From an uncultured Actinomycetota bacterium (GTDB lineage: Bacteria; Actinomycetota; Actinomycetes; JAHEKZ01): 64,000 nt of DNA. Under the pieces are notes generated by a model. That model was given only the letters and a program-made list of their open reading frames with translations, was not told the DNA's origin and did no database searches. Shown piece by piece: positions 21,039-31,440 of the stretch. The translations under genes were made by a program, and so were the position numbers. Positions within the stretch are counted from its first letter, which is position 1, and each line of letters opens with the position of its first letter. The stretch covers positions 1,472,001 to 1,536,000 of the forward strand of contig CAWHIJ010000003.1 of the NCBI GenBank assembly GCA_963829525.1, read 5' to 3'.

Positions 21039-21362
21039 ATGGGCAAGTACCTCTTGAAAGTTTCGTACAGCGCTGAAGGCATTAAGGGGGTCATGAAGGA
21101 AGGCGGCACTTCCCGGGTCACCGCGATCGAGAAGATCCTGGAGAGTGTTGGTGGATCGCTGGAGTCGTTCTACTTCGCATTCGGCGCCGATGACGTCTAT
21201 GTGATCGCCAAAGTCCCCGACCAAGCAACGGCGATGGCTGTCGCCGCTGCGGTGGGCTCATCCGGCGCGATCAGCAGCTACGAGACCGTGGTGCTCGTCG
21301 AGCCGAGCGAGGTCGACGCTGCGACGAAGATCACCGTGGGCTACCGGGCACCTGGGGCCTAG
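21039..21362 (+). CDS. GYD-domain small protein
   Basis: GAGGAG RBS; YLLKVSYSAEG.KG...EGG..R...GG.LESFYFAFGADD. Confidence 0.8.
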   Translation: MGKYLLKVSYSAEGIKGVMKEGGTSRVTAIEKILESVGGSLESFYFAFGADDVYVIAKVPDQATAMAVAAAVGSSGAISSYETVVLVEPSEVDAATKITVGYRAPGA

Positions 21363-21395
21363 TCCCACACACTGAACGGGTGACAGGATCGCCCC

Positions 21396-22412
21396 ATGAC
21401 GTCCTCATCGAGTTCTGACCTGCCCACCATCGCGTTCGGCACCACCGGCATGGACATCACCCGCGTCGGGTTCGGTGCCTGGGCGGTCGGCGGCACCGGA
21501 TGGTCTGGCGGGTGGGGCCCACAAGACGACTCCGAGTCTGTCGCGGCGATCCGACGAGCCGTTGAACGCGGCGTCAACTGGGTCGACACCGCCTGGGTCT
21601 ACGGGTACGGCCACAGCGAGGAAGTCGTGCGCGAGGCGCTCTCGGTCTTCTCTGACAGCGACCGGCCCTACGTGTTTACCAAGTGCGGTCCGATCGAGCC
21701 GAAGATGCGCACCGAGGAGCCGCTGGCGACCGGTGACCCCAAGGTGCTGCGCGAGCAGGTGGTCGCGTCGCTACGACGGCTGGGCACCGACTCGGTGGAC
21801 CTCATGCAGATGCACTGGGAAGCTGAGGACGGCGTCGAGCTGGAGGTCTACTGGCAGGCGCTGCTGGACATGAAGACCGAGGGGCTCTACCGCGCCATCG
21901 GACTCAGCAACTTCGACACGGCGCAGCTCGAGCGTGCTGAGGCACTCGGGCACGTCGACACCTTGCAGCCGCCGTTCTCGGCGATCGACAGGCGGGCTGG
22001 CGCCGACCTGCTCCCGTGGTGCCGTAAGCACGACACCGGGGTCATCGTGTACTCACCCATGCACGCAGGTCTGCTCACTGGTGCGTTCTCGGCCGAGCGG
22101 GTGGCGTCGCTGCCTGATGACGACTGGCGCAAGAGCGACGACGACTTCACCAAGAACCTTGCGGCTAACCTCGCAGTGGCGGAGGCGATGGCGAAGGTCG
22201 CCGAGCGGCACGGCGTCCCGACGGCGGCGGCGGCAGCAGCTTGGACGATCGCTTGGCCAGGGGTGTCAGGGGCCATCGTCGGAGCCAGAAGTGCGGCGCA
22301 GGTTGACGGCTGGGTAGATGCGGCGACGATGGAGTACGACGCCGACGACCTGCAGATCGTGGCCGACGCGATCGCGGCATCAGGTGCCGGTGAGGGTCCG
22401 GTCAGGCCCTGA
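21396..22412 (+). CDS. Aldo/keto reductase
   Basis: GFGAWAVGG, WVDTAWVYG, FTKCG, DLMQMHW, IGLSNF, YSPMHAGLLTG. Confidence 0.93.
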   Translation: MTSSSSSDLPTIAFGTTGMDITRVGFGAWAVGGTGWSGGWGPQDDSESVAAIRRAVERGVNWVDTAWVYGYGHSEEVVREALSVFSDSDRPYVFTKCGPIEPKMRTEEPLATGDPKVLREQVVASLRRLGTDSVDLMQMHWEAEDGVELEVYWQALLDMKTEGLYRAIGLSNFDTAQLERAEALGHVDTLQPPFSAIDRRAGADLLPWCRKHDTGVIVYSPMHAGLLTGAFSAERVASLPDDDWRKSDDDFTKNLAANLAVAEAMAKVAERHGVPTAAAAAAWTIAWPGVSGAIVGARSAAQVDGWVDAATMEYDADDLQIVADAIAASGAGEGPVRP

Positions 22413-22476
22413 GACTTTCCCCAGGATGACTGCGGAACTTGTTGCGCCACCGCGGGTGAATGCGTCGTTCTTGAGG

Positions 22477-23094
22477 TCAGGGGGTGAAGGCCTTGACCTC
22501 GCCCTTGGTGTACTGACGCGTCCAGCCTCGCTCCACCTTGGGGACCGGAAGCCGTCGTTTGCGCGACTGGATCGACCTGCCGAAACCGTAGGCGAGGGCA
22601 CCCCGCCGTTCGGACGCATCGGGTAGCTCGCGGGCGAGAGCGCGCCGGAGCCCCAAGAGCGACAGCCCGGTGTCAACGGTGATCAGCACGTAGAAACCGA
22701 GCAGCACGACCGTCGAACTTTGCTGCAGCGCGGGGACTGGCAGGAAGAGCAGCACGAGTGCGGAGATCACAACGGGCCAAAAGAGCTCACCGATGTTCCG
22801 ACGTCCATCGACCCAGTTGCGAGCCAGGTGTCGCCCCTTGCCCTGGTCGCGCGCGGGGTATAGGCGCTCGTCGCCGCCCCGGAGGGCATCCATGGTCTGT
22901 TGGCGCTCTTTCGCCTTTTCCGCCTTCATCCGGGCCTTGGCCTCGCGGCGGTCCTTCGGTGGGGCCATCTTCTGACGCCTGGCAGCCTCGGACTCCTTCC
23001 GCTTCGGTGTCGGTCGCCCCTTGCCTCCGTCGCCTGCGGCATCCGGGGTGGGCTGCACCTCGGGAGCGGTTGGGTCCTTCTTCCGGCTGAACAC
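22477..23094 (-). CDS. DUF3043 membrane protein
   Basis: GKGRPTPKRKE, GDERLYPARDQG, WVDGRRN, two TM, RRLPVP. Confidence 0.88.
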   Translation of the reverse strand: MFSRKKDPTAPEVQPTPDAAGDGGKGRPTPKRKESEAARRQKMAPPKDRREAKARMKAEKAKERQQTMDALRGGDERLYPARDQGKGRHLARNWVDGRRNIGELFWPVVISALVLLFLPVPALQQSSTVVLLGFYVLITVDTGLSLLGLRRALARELPDASERRGALAYGFGRSIQSRKRRLPVPKVERGWTRQYTKGEVKAFTP

Positions 23095-23213
23095 AGGGCC
23101 AGGCTAGACGCGGCCAGATCTTGGCTGGAGAGGAGGGGACCATCGCCCTGGAGGTGGCTCGCTCTGGGTGCATAGGCTGAACGCGCCGTTCCAGTCATCG
23201 ATAAGGGGAGTTC

Positions 23214-24770
23214 ATGCGCGTCACGTCCATCGGTCACGCCGGTTTGCACATCCAGACCGCGCACGGGGCGATCCTCTGTGACCCATGGTTCTCGCCGGCC
23301 TACTTCGCGTCGTGGTACCCCTTCCCGGCCAACGATGGTCTCGACATGGAGCGGCTCGGACGTTCGGAGTACCTCTACGTCTCGCACCTGCACCTTGACC
23401 ACTACGACCCGGAGTGGCTGGCCAGGTACATGGACAAGGACACGACGGTCCTGCTGCCCGACTACGGCGTCAGCGACCTGCGCGATGCCCTGTCTGCGCT
23501 CGGTTTCCACCGGTTCATCGCGACGAAGAACGCTGAACCGTTCGAGCACGATGGCTTGACCCTGATGATCGTGGCGATGACGGCGCCGAACGACGGACCG
23601 CTCGGTGACTCCTGTCTTGCCGTTGACGACGGAACGGCTGCGTTCCTCAACCAGAACGACTGCCGCCCGACCGACCTCGAACCGATCGTGCAGTTCGGTC
23701 AGTATGACGGACACTCGCTGCAGTACTCCGGTGCGATTTGGTTTCCGATGGTCTACGACCTCCCGTCGCACGTGAAGGAAGGGCTCGGCGAGCGTAAGCG
23801 AGCCAACGGCCTCGACCGAGCTCGTCGGTATGCGGAGGCAGTCGGTGCGCGCTGGGTGCTACCGAACTCCGGACCCCCCGCCTTCCTCGACGACGACCTC
23901 TTCGAGATCAACGACTTCGGGCAGAAGGGAAACGTCTTCCCCGACCAACGAGTCTTCTTGGACTACATGGCCTCGATGGGCGATGAGAACGGTCTGTTCG
24001 TATCGACCGGCACTACCGTCACTTTGGACCGCGAGTCAGGCACTGCTGAGGTCGTTCACCCGGCTTCGGACGCCGAGACGCTGTATCCCTTCACCCACAA
24101 GCGCGAGTACCTCACCGAGTACGCGGCGCGCACGGAAGCTGACCGCGAGGCGCGCAAGCTGACGTGGACGTCCACCAGCGAGCCGTTGCTGCCGCAGCTG
24201 AAGGAGTGGTGGGAGCCGCTGATGCAGCAGATGCCGACGCTGTGCGGACGTCTGGGGGACCGCGTGCTCATCACGACCGAGCACGAAGAGATCCTCGCTG
24301 ACTTTGTCGACCAGGTCGTGGTGCCGTATGACGGCCAAGAGAGCCGGTACCAGCTGAAGATCGAGGACCGGTTGATCCGCCACTGTGTCGAGAATCGCCT
24401 GGCCGACTGGGTGAACGAGCTCTTCCTCTCCTGCCGGTTCCAAGCCAAGCGCAAAGGCCCCTACAACGAGCAGGTCTACACCTGGTTCAAGTCGCTCTCG
24501 ACCGAGCACGCTGTCTACGTCGAGGACTGGCTTGAGACTGACCGTGAGTCGCACGAGATGTGGCGCTTTGGTGACCACCTGGTGCAGCGCCACTGCCCGC
24601 ACCTCGGCGCCGACCTCGCGCGCTTTGGTGATGTCGAGGACGGCGTCCTCACCTGCCAGCTGCACGGATGGCAGTTCGACATCGACTCCGGCCGCTGCCT
24701 GACTTCGGACGACGCCACCCTCACGAGCAAGCGGATTGCCCACCGCGAGCCTGAGGACATCGGCGCCTGA
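23214..24770 (+). CDS. MBL-fold hydrolase/oxygenase with C-terminal Rieske [2Fe-2S] domain (Rv3818-like)
   Basis: GHAG, DPW, SHLHLDH, NQNDC; C-terminal CPH...CQLHGWQFD. Confidence 0.85.
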   Translation: MRVTSIGHAGLHIQTAHGAILCDPWFSPAYFASWYPFPANDGLDMERLGRSEYLYVSHLHLDHYDPEWLARYMDKDTTVLLPDYGVSDLRDALSALGFHRFIATKNAEPFEHDGLTLMIVAMTAPNDGPLGDSCLAVDDGTAAFLNQNDCRPTDLEPIVQFGQYDGHSLQYSGAIWFPMVYDLPSHVKEGLGERKRANGLDRARRYAEAVGARWVLPNSGPPAFLDDDLFEINDFGQKGNVFPDQRVFLDYMASMGDENGLFVSTGTTVTLDRESGTAEVVHPASDAETLYPFTHKREYLTEYAARTEADREARKLTWTSTSEPLLPQLKEWWEPLMQQMPTLCGRLGDRVLITTEHEEILADFVDQVVVPYDGQESRYQLKIEDRLIRHCVENRLADWVNELFLSCRFQAKRKGPYNEQVYTWFKSLSTEHAVYVEDWLETDRESHEMWRFGDHLVQRHCPHLGADLARFGDVEDGVLTCQLHGWQFDIDSGRCLTSDDATLTSKRIAHREPEDIGA

Positions 24771-24784
24771 CGGCGCTTCACCTC

Positions 24785-25807
24785 GTGCGCATCCTCTTCG
24801 CGCCGGACAAGTTCGCCGGGACGCTGACAGCGGTCGAAGCCGCTGCTGCGCTCGTCGAAGGTTGGCGCGATGTGGCACCCGCTGACGAGCTGGTCGAGCG
24901 GCCGATGTCTGACGGTGGGCCGGGATTCGTCGATGCCATCGCAACCGCCACCGGTACCGACGCCTTCCTGGTGTCCACGTCAGGCCCTCATGGCATCGCT
25001 GTGCAGGCCCCCGTCCTGGTTGTCGCCGGTGACGTGCGCACGGCCTACCTGGAAGCTGCTACCTGTTGTGGCCTCCCGCTGGCTGCCGAGCCACGGCGCC
25101 CTTTGGACGCCTCCAGCAACGGGCTCACCGCCCTGATCGAGGCAGCGATTGCCTCTGGTGCCGAGCGCATCGTGGTTGGGGTTGGCGGCACGGCGTCAAC
25201 CGACGGTGGGCGGCCGGTGGTCGAAGCGCTCGAGGGCCTGATGCCTGTCGACGTCGAGTTCCTCGTGGCTACCGACGTCGAGAGCCCGCTGCTCGGTGTG
25301 GCAGGGGCGGCTCGGTCGTTCGCGCCACAAAAGGGGGCGAACGACGCCGAGGTGGCCGAGCTGGAGCGGAGGCTCACCGATTGGGCTGCCGGCAGCGCCC
25401 TCGACCCGGCTCGGCCAGGTGCTGGTGCCGGTGGCGGTCTCGGGTACGGCCTGATGCGGCTGGGTGCCCGAAGAGTCAGTGGCGCCGGTGTCGTTGCCGA
25501 CGCCGTTGGGTTGGACGCGGAGGTGATGGCATCTGACCTCGTGGTCACGGGGGAAGGGTCCCTCGACTTCTCCTCCTTGCGCGGCAAGGTCGTGTCCTTC
25601 GTGGCCGGACGCGCTCAGGCAGTGGCTCGCCCGTGTGTGGCGGTGGTTGGAACCAGCTCGGTCGGACGCCGCGAGGCAGCGTCAGCTGGAATCGACGAGA
25701 TCTACTCGATGGTCGAGGCGGTGGGGCAGTCGATTTCCATGCGCCAGGCGGCTGAGGCCCTTCGCCTGGTAGCTGCTGCCGCAGCTGGGGACTGGTCGCG
25801 CCGTTGA
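24785..25807 (+). CDS. glxK: Glycerate kinase
   Basis: APDKFAGTL, PMSDGGPG, GGTASTDGG, FAPQKGA, GAGGG, VTGEG. Confidence 0.92.
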   Translation: MRILFAPDKFAGTLTAVEAAAALVEGWRDVAPADELVERPMSDGGPGFVDAIATATGTDAFLVSTSGPHGIAVQAPVLVVAGDVRTAYLEAATCCGLPLAAEPRRPLDASSNGLTALIEAAIASGAERIVVGVGGTASTDGGRPVVEALEGLMPVDVEFLVATDVESPLLGVAGAARSFAPQKGANDAEVAELERRLTDWAAGSALDPARPGAGAGGGLGYGLMRLGARRVSGAGVVADAVGLDAEVMASDLVVTGEGSLDFSSLRGKVVSFVAGRAQAVARPCVAVVGTSSVGRREAASAGIDEIYSMVEAVGQSISMRQAAEALRLVAAAAAGDWSRR

Positions 25808-25900
25808 GTGGCAGCGGTAGTTGTATGTCACCATGGGAATGGCCCCCCACCGTCGAGGTGTTGGCCTGATCACCGACTGCTCCGGAGGAGACCTCCCGCC

Positions 25901-26290
25901 ATGACCGTTCAGAATGATTCCGCGACCGTCACCGAGCCCGCGACCGAGCCGACCGCAGAGACGGCGACGGGAGTGACTCTTACCGATGGCGCCGCCACCA
26001 AGGTCAAGGCCCTGCTCGAGCAAGAGGGACGCACAGACCTGGCCCTGCGAATCGCGGTGCAGCCTGGTGGTTGTTCTGGTCTGCGTTACCAGCTCTTCTT
26101 CGACGACCGCCAGCTCGAAGGTGACGACGTCCTCATCTATGAAGGATTCAGCCTCGTCGTCGACCGGATGAGCGTGCCCTACCTCGGTGGGGCAACGATC
26201 GACTTCGTGGACACGATCGAGAAGCAGGGGTTCACGATCGACAACCCCAACGCGACAGGCTCGTGCGCCTGTGGCGACTCGTTCAACTGA
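25901..26290 (+). CDS. erpA: A-type Fe-S carrier (HesB/IscA/ErpA)
   Basis: GGCSG and NPNATGSCACGDSF; GGAGGAG RBS. Confidence 0.93.
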   Translation: MTVQNDSATVTEPATEPTAETATGVTLTDGAATKVKALLEQEGRTDLALRIAVQPGGCSGLRYQLFFDDRQLEGDDVLIYEGFSLVVDRMSVPYLGGATIDFVDTIEKQGFTIDNPNATGSCACGDSFN

Positions 26291-26389
26291 CCGGACGCTG
26301 ACGCTGGACGTCCGCCAGGACACTGGGCGCCCCGAGAGCGGCGTGGTCACTACGGTTCTCCCGTAGCCCACATCGACCGAGGAGCCCGC

Positions 26390-27418
26390 ATGACCGAGCA
26401 GACGGCAGACTGGCGCCCTGACCACGGCCTGAGTGTCGGCCGGATCGCGGTCACCGGCTCGGTGGCGACCGACCATCTGATGACCTTCTCCGGCCGCTTT
26501 TCCGAGGCGCTGATCCCCGAGAAGCTCAGCTCTCTGTCCGTGTCGTTCCTCGTCGACGACCTCGAGGTTCGTCGCGGTGGGGTTGGTGCGAACATCGCCT
26601 TCGGACTTGGCGTTCTCGGTCTGCGGCCCGTCCTGGTGGCGGCCGTCGGGGAGGACTTCGACGACTACCGGTCGTGGCTCGGTCGTCACGGTGTCGACAC
26701 CGACGCGGTTCACGTCAGCGACACCCACCACACGGCGCGGTTCGTCTGCACCACCGACGCCGACCAGAACCAGATCGCCTCGTTCTATGCCGGTGCAATG
26801 GTTGCAGCTCGCGACATCGAGCTCGGGCCCGTCCTGGAGCGGTCCGGTGGAGTGGGCCTGGTGATCATCGGCGCCGACGACCCAAGGGCCATGCTCAACC
26901 ACACCCAGGAGTGCCGTCAGCGGGGACTGCCTTTCGCCGCCGACCCCTCGCAGCAGCTGAGCAGTCTGTCCAGCGACGACACCAAGAGCCTCATCACCGG
27001 CGCGACAGTGCTGTTCAGCAACGAGTACGAGTCGGCACTGATCGAGCAGCGGACCGGTTGGTCCATCGACGACATCCTCGACCGGGTCGCCATCAGGGTC
27101 ACCACTTTGGGGAAGCACGGGGCGCGGGTGGAGCGACAGGGGCGCCCCTCCATCGAGGTCACCGTTCCCCGCGAGACGAGGGCGGCCGACCCCACGGGCG
27201 TCGGCGATGCCTTTCGGGCCGGGTTCCTGGCTGGCCTGGCGTGGGAGGTCAGCCTGGAGCGGGCGGCCCAGGTTGGCTGCCTGCTGGCGACTTACGTGGT
27301 CGAGACCGTCGGCACCCAGGAGTACCGGTTTGACCGCGGCGGGTTCCTGGCCCGCTTCGAGGAGGCCTACGGGAGCGCGGCGAGCGCCGAGCTCGACGCC
27401 GCCTGGCCGCGCGTCTGA
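26390..27418 (+). CDS. adoK: PfkB-family kinase, adenosine kinase type
   Basis: TGSVATDHLM, SLSVSFLVD, GGVGANIA, DPSQQ, DPTGVGDAFRAG. Confidence 0.88.
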   Translation: MTEQTADWRPDHGLSVGRIAVTGSVATDHLMTFSGRFSEALIPEKLSSLSVSFLVDDLEVRRGGVGANIAFGLGVLGLRPVLVAAVGEDFDDYRSWLGRHGVDTDAVHVSDTHHTARFVCTTDADQNQIASFYAGAMVAARDIELGPVLERSGGVGLVIIGADDPRAMLNHTQECRQRGLPFAADPSQQLSSLSSDDTKSLITGATVLFSNEYESALIEQRTGWSIDDILDRVAIRVTTLGKHGARVERQGRPSIEVTVPRETRAADPTGVGDAFRAGFLAGLAWEVSLERAAQVGCLLATYVVETVGTQEYRFDRGGFLARFEEAYGSAASAELDAAWPRV

Positions 27419-27427
27419 GGCCACCCG

Positions 27428-28141
27428 GTGCCAACAGAGCCGCCGCCCAGCAACTGGGCCCTGCCCGACCTCGATCGACTGGACCCAGAACTTGCCGACG
27501 AGGACCTCGTCGGACTCGGCGCCGACCTGGAACCGGGCACCCTCCTGGCGGCCTACCGCACGGGGCTCTTTCCCATGCATGTCGCATTCGACAGCGGAGA
27601 GGAGAGGTCGGAGGTCATCGGCTGGTGGTCACCGCAGCCACGCGGCGTCCTGCCCCTGGACCGGCTGGTCGTCAGTCGCTCGCTCCGTCAGTCTTGCCGC
27701 CGACTGCGTACGACCGTCGACCACGCCTTTGACGCTGTGGTGGAGGGCTGCGCCGACCGTGGCGCGGAGGGGCAGTGGATCAATGGCGAGATCCGCACCG
27801 CCTACCGTCGGTTGCACGATCTGGGATGGGCGCACAGCATCGAGACCTGGCAGGGCGACGACCTGGTTGGCGGGCTCTACGGGGTGTCGGTGGGGGGTCT
27901 GTTCGCGGGGGAGTCGATGTTCTACCGGGTCACCGACGCCTCGAAGGTGGCGCTCGTCAGGCTTGCCGAGCTTCTCCTGGCGGACGGGCGCCAGCGGCTC
28001 TTGGATGTGCAATGGGTCACCCCGCACCTAGCCTCCCTGGGGGCGGTCGAGATCGCGCGTGAGGAGTACCGCAGACGGCTCAGTTCGGCCCTGTCCGAAC
28101 CGCCTCCACCGGCATGGGGAGAAGCGCTCGGCCCGCCCTGA
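27428..28141 (+). CDS. aat: Leucyl/phenylalanyl-tRNA--protein transferase
   Basis: LLAAYRTGLFP, WWSP.PR, AHSIE, LVGGLYG, FAGESMF, DASKVAL. Confidence 0.93.
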   Translation: MPTEPPPSNWALPDLDRLDPELADEDLVGLGADLEPGTLLAAYRTGLFPMHVAFDSGEERSEVIGWWSPQPRGVLPLDRLVVSRSLRQSCRRLRTTVDHAFDAVVEGCADRGAEGQWINGEIRTAYRRLHDLGWAHSIETWQGDDLVGGLYGVSVGGLFAGESMFYRVTDASKVALVRLAELLLADGRQRLLDVQWVTPHLASLGAVEIAREEYRRRLSSALSEPPPPAWGEALGPP

Positions 28142-28332
28142 ACGCTCCGTGGCCAACCGTCTCGACGGTCGTTGCCGGAGGTTGGCCCGACACGTCTGAG
28201 ATCAACTTCGCCCCGACCTGCCTTACCCCCCTGACCTGCGCTAGCGTGGGCGCGTCAACCATGTTTCGTCCGCCTCGGCGGTGTCCCTCATGGGCGCGCC
28301 GCCACCTGCCTGTTCGAGGAGATTGACCGCTC

Positions 28333-29175
28333 GTGATGTCCGATCGCGTCGCCCCCGTACGCCGCCACCGTTTGGTGGCCGTCGTCGTCGGCAGTGTGCT
28401 CCTTCTGGCTCTCTCGGGCTGCTCGGTGGATGACCTGCAGAACCAGATCTCGATTCCTGACCCCAAGTCAGACACCGGCGACGTGATCTTCCATCTCTGG
28501 CAGGCCACCTGGATAGCCCTCTGGGTGATCGGCGCCTTCACCTTGGCGCTCATTCTTGGCGCCCCGTGGTTCTATCGCCGTCGGAACCAGGACGATGTCC
28601 CGAAGCAGACCCGGTACAACGTGCCGATCGAGGTGCTTTACACCGTCACTCCGATGATCGTGATCATGGTTTTCGCGTGGTACACCATCCGTGACAGCAA
28701 CGAGATCACTGCCGTCGAGAACAACCAGTCCCAGACCGTTAACGTCGTCGGCTACCAGTGGAACTGGGGATTCAACTACACCGACGAGGATGTCTACGAG
28801 GTCGGAACGCCCAGCGATCTGCCGACGCTCTACTTACCGGTCGGCGAGAAGGTGCAGTTCGTCTTGACCTCACCAGACGTCATCCACTCGTTCTGGATCC
28901 CAGACTTCCTGATGAAGATGGACGTCATCCCGGGGCGGGCCAACACGTTTGAGATCACTCCGACCGTCGAGGGACGGTTCACGGGCAAGTGCGCCGAGCT
29001 GTGCGGCACCTATCACTCGCAGATGCTTTTCTGGGTCGAGGTCGTCAGCCCAGATGAATTCGACCAGAAGATGGAAGAGTTGCGACTGGCCGGCCAGACC
29101 GGAGAGCTCGACACCGGACGATCCAACACTGACGCCCGAGACCTGGGCAACACTCGAATTGGGGAGGACTCGTGA
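28333..29175 (+). CDS. ctaC: Cytochrome aa3 oxidase subunit II
   Basis: Lipobox LSGC, QWNW, DVIHSF, CuA motif [12 protein letters not shown]. Confidence 0.96.
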   Translation: MMSDRVAPVRRHRLVAVVVGSVLLLALSGCSVDDLQNQISIPDPKSDTGDVIFHLWQATWIALWVIGAFTLALILGAPWFYRRRNQDDVPKQTRYNVPIEVLYTVTPMIVIMVFAWYTIRDSNEITAVENNQSQTVNVVGYQWNWGFNYTDEDVYEVGTPSDLPTLYLPVGEKVQFVLTSPDVIHSFWIPDFLMKMDVIPGRANTFEITPTVEGRFTGKCAELCGTYHSQMLFWVEVVSPDEFDQKMEELRLAGQTGELDTGRSNTDARDLGNTRIGEDS

Positions 29176-30941
29176 CTCTCATCGACGAACCCGTCGCTGG
29201 GGCGCCGATCGAGGCCCCGTCGGCACCACCGATGAGTCGTGGCCGGCTCGTGGTCAGCTGGCTCACCAGCACCGACCACAAAGTGATCGGCAACCTCTAC
29301 TTCATCACGTCGTTCTTCTACTTCATGATCGGCGGAGTGTTCGCACTGGTGATCCGTGCTGAGCTGACCGAGCCGGGCATGCAGTTCGTCAGCCTCGAGC
29401 AGTACAACCAGCTCTTCACCATGCACGGCACGATCATGCTTCTCTTCTTCGCGACACCGCTCTTCTCGGCCTTTGCGAATGCCATCATGCCGCTGCAGAT
29501 CGGCTCGCCAGATGTCGCATTCCCCCGCCTGAACATGCTCGCCTACTGGCTCTACCTGTTCAGCACGATCATCGTCATGGCCAGCGTGTTCACTCCGAGT
29601 GGCACAGCGGCCTTCGGCTGGACGGCCTATGCCCCCCTCTCGGACACCGTGTACTCGCCAGGTGTTGGCGCGGACCTGTGGCTGGTCGGACTCACGCTCG
29701 GTGGGTTGGGAACAATCTTGGGCGCCGTCAACTTCATCACCACCATCATCTGCCTTAGGGCTCCTGGCATGACGATGTTCCGGATGCCGATCTTCACCTG
29801 GAACGTGCTGCTTACCAGCATTCTGGTTCTGATGGCCTTCCCCGTCCTTGCCGCAGCGCTCCTCGTCCTTGAGATCGACCGTCAGTTCGGCAGTCTGGTG
29901 TTCGCCCCCGAAGTCGGCGGAGCTGTCTTGTGGCAGCACCTCTTCTGGTTCTTCGGACACCCAGAGGTGTACATCCTGGCGCTGCCGTTCTTCGGCATCA
30001 TCAGTGAGGTCTTGCCGGTCTTCAGCCGTAAGCCGATCTTCGGCTACAAGGGCCTGGTCTTTGCAACGATCGCCATCGCTGCCCTTTCCGTGGCAGTGTG
30101 GGCGCATCACATGTTCGTGACTGGCGCTGTGCTCCTGCCGTTCTTCGCATTCATGACCATGCTCATCGCCGTGCCCACTGGTGTGAAGTTCTTCAACTGG
30201 ATCGGCACGATGTGGGGCGGCTCGGTCTCCTTCGAGACCCCGATGCTCTTCTCGCTCGGCTTCCTGGTGACCTTCCTCTTCGGAGGCCTCACCGGAATCA
30301 TCCTGGCCTCGCCACCGCTGGACTTCGCCGTCTCTGACTCATACTTCGTCGTCGCGCACTTCCACTACACAGTGTTCGGAACCGTCGTGTTCTTGATGTT
30401 CGCCGGCTTCTACTTCTGGTGGCCGAAGTTGACCGGCAAGATGCTCGACGAGCGTGTTGGGAAGATCCACTTCTGGATGCTCTTCATCGGCTTTCAGGTG
30501 ACGTTCTTGATCCAGCACTGGCTCGGCGCGGCCGGCCAGCCACGGCGCTACGGCGACTACATCCCTGAGGATGGGTACATCTTCATGAACCAGGTGTCGA
30601 CGGTGGGATCGGTCTTGCTAGGCCTCTCCACGCTGACATTCCTCTACAACGTGTGGCGGACGCACAAGCGTGGCGTACAAGTCACTGAGGACGACCCCTG
30701 GGGCTGGGGAAGGTCGCTGGAGTGGGCCACTTCATGCCCCCCACCTCGGCACAACTTTGACTCCATCCCTCGGATCAGGTCGGAGTCGCCTGCATTCGAT
30801 CTGCACCACCCTGAGATTGCCTTCGCCGAGGGCAACGTCTCCAACGAGCCGCTCCTGGCCAGCGTCTATGGTGCTCCGGAGGTCAGCCACCGCGAGGACA
30901 TCGCCGAGGACATCGCCGAGGGCAAGGGTCAGGAGAACTGA
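29172..30941 (+). CDS. ctaD: Cytochrome aa3 oxidase subunit I
   Basis: [27 protein letters not shown]. Confidence 0.98.
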   Translation: MTLIDEPVAGAPIEAPSAPPMSRGRLVVSWLTSTDHKVIGNLYFITSFFYFMIGGVFALVIRAELTEPGMQFVSLEQYNQLFTMHGTIMLLFFATPLFSAFANAIMPLQIGSPDVAFPRLNMLAYWLYLFSTIIVMASVFTPSGTAAFGWTAYAPLSDTVYSPGVGADLWLVGLTLGGLGTILGAVNFITTIICLRAPGMTMFRMPIFTWNVLLTSILVLMAFPVLAAALLVLEIDRQFGSLVFAPEVGGAVLWQHLFWFFGHPEVYILALPFFGIISEVLPVFSRKPIFGYKGLVFATIAIAALSVAVWAHHMFVTGAVLLPFFAFMTMLIAVPTGVKFFNWIGTMWGGSVSFETPMLFSLGFLVTFLFGGLTGIILASPPLDFAVSDSYFVVAHFHYTVFGTVVFLMFAGFYFWWPKLTGKMLDERVGKIHFWMLFIGFQVTFLIQHWLGAAGQPRRYGDYIPEDGYIFMNQVSTVGSVLLGLSTLTFLYNVWRTHKRGVQVTEDDPWGWGRSLEWATSCPPPRHNFDSIPRIRSESPAFDLHHPEIAFAEGNVSNEPLLASVYGAPEVSHREDIAEDIAEGKGQEN

Positions 30942-30942
30942 C

Positions 30943-31344
30943 ATGCGCACCACGGGTCGTCTCTTCGCGCTGCTTGCATTCTTCTTCGCGCTGCTGTCAG
31001 TCGTCTACTGGTTCCTGTCTGAGGAACCGGCGGGTACGGCCGCCCTGGTCTTCACCGGTGGACTTGGCTTCTTGGTGGCCTTCTACCTGCTCTTTACGGC
31101 CAAACGCATCGAGCCGCTGCCCGAGGACGACGATGAGGGCGAAATCGCTGAAGGCGCTGGCGTCCAAGGTTTCTACAGCCCGCACAGCTGGTGGCCGTTG
31201 CCGGTCGCAGGGGGTGCGGCCGTCATAGGCCTCGGCCTCGTTTTTGTTATGTGGTGGCTGATCGTTTTGGGCATCGTCTTCGCCGTGGTGGCCACGGCTG
31301 GCCTGCTCTTTGAGTACTACCAGGGCGACTTCGTCCGAGAATGA
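30943..31344 (+). CDS. ctaF: Cytochrome c oxidase subunit IV (actinobacterial)
   Basis: EPAGT, PED...GEIAEGAG..GFYSPHSWWP, LFEYY. Confidence 0.92.
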   Translation: MRTTGRLFALLAFFFALLSVVYWFLSEEPAGTAALVFTGGLGFLVAFYLLFTAKRIEPLPEDDDEGEIAEGAGVQGFYSPHSWWPLPVAGGAAVIGLGLVFVMWWLIVLGIVFAVVATAGLLFEYYQGDFVRE

Positions 31345-31384
31345 GCTTTTTGGCCTTGAGGCGCTAGCCTGAGGTGTCGACACT

Positions 31385-31422
31385 GATGGAAGGAGACGGG
31401 AGCCTCCCGTCCTCCTTCCATC
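31385..31422. terminator. Hairpin after ctaF (probable terminator)
   Basis: GATGGAAGGAGACGGGA-gcc-TCCCGTCCTCCTTCCATC with one bulge. Confidence 0.6.
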
Positions 31423-31440
31423 GATCTATGGGGTAGAAGA

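Noticed and set aside
19927-22412. Two aldo/keto reductases flanking a GYD gene as a novel module
   Set aside because: Different AKR subfamilies with separate leaderless-type starts; nothing in the sequence ties them together
25682-27580. Long antisense ORFs (also 1751-2701, 7048-8460, 29013-30110, 55030-56094)
   Set aside because: Shadows of high-GC genes on the opposite strand; no recognisable motifs
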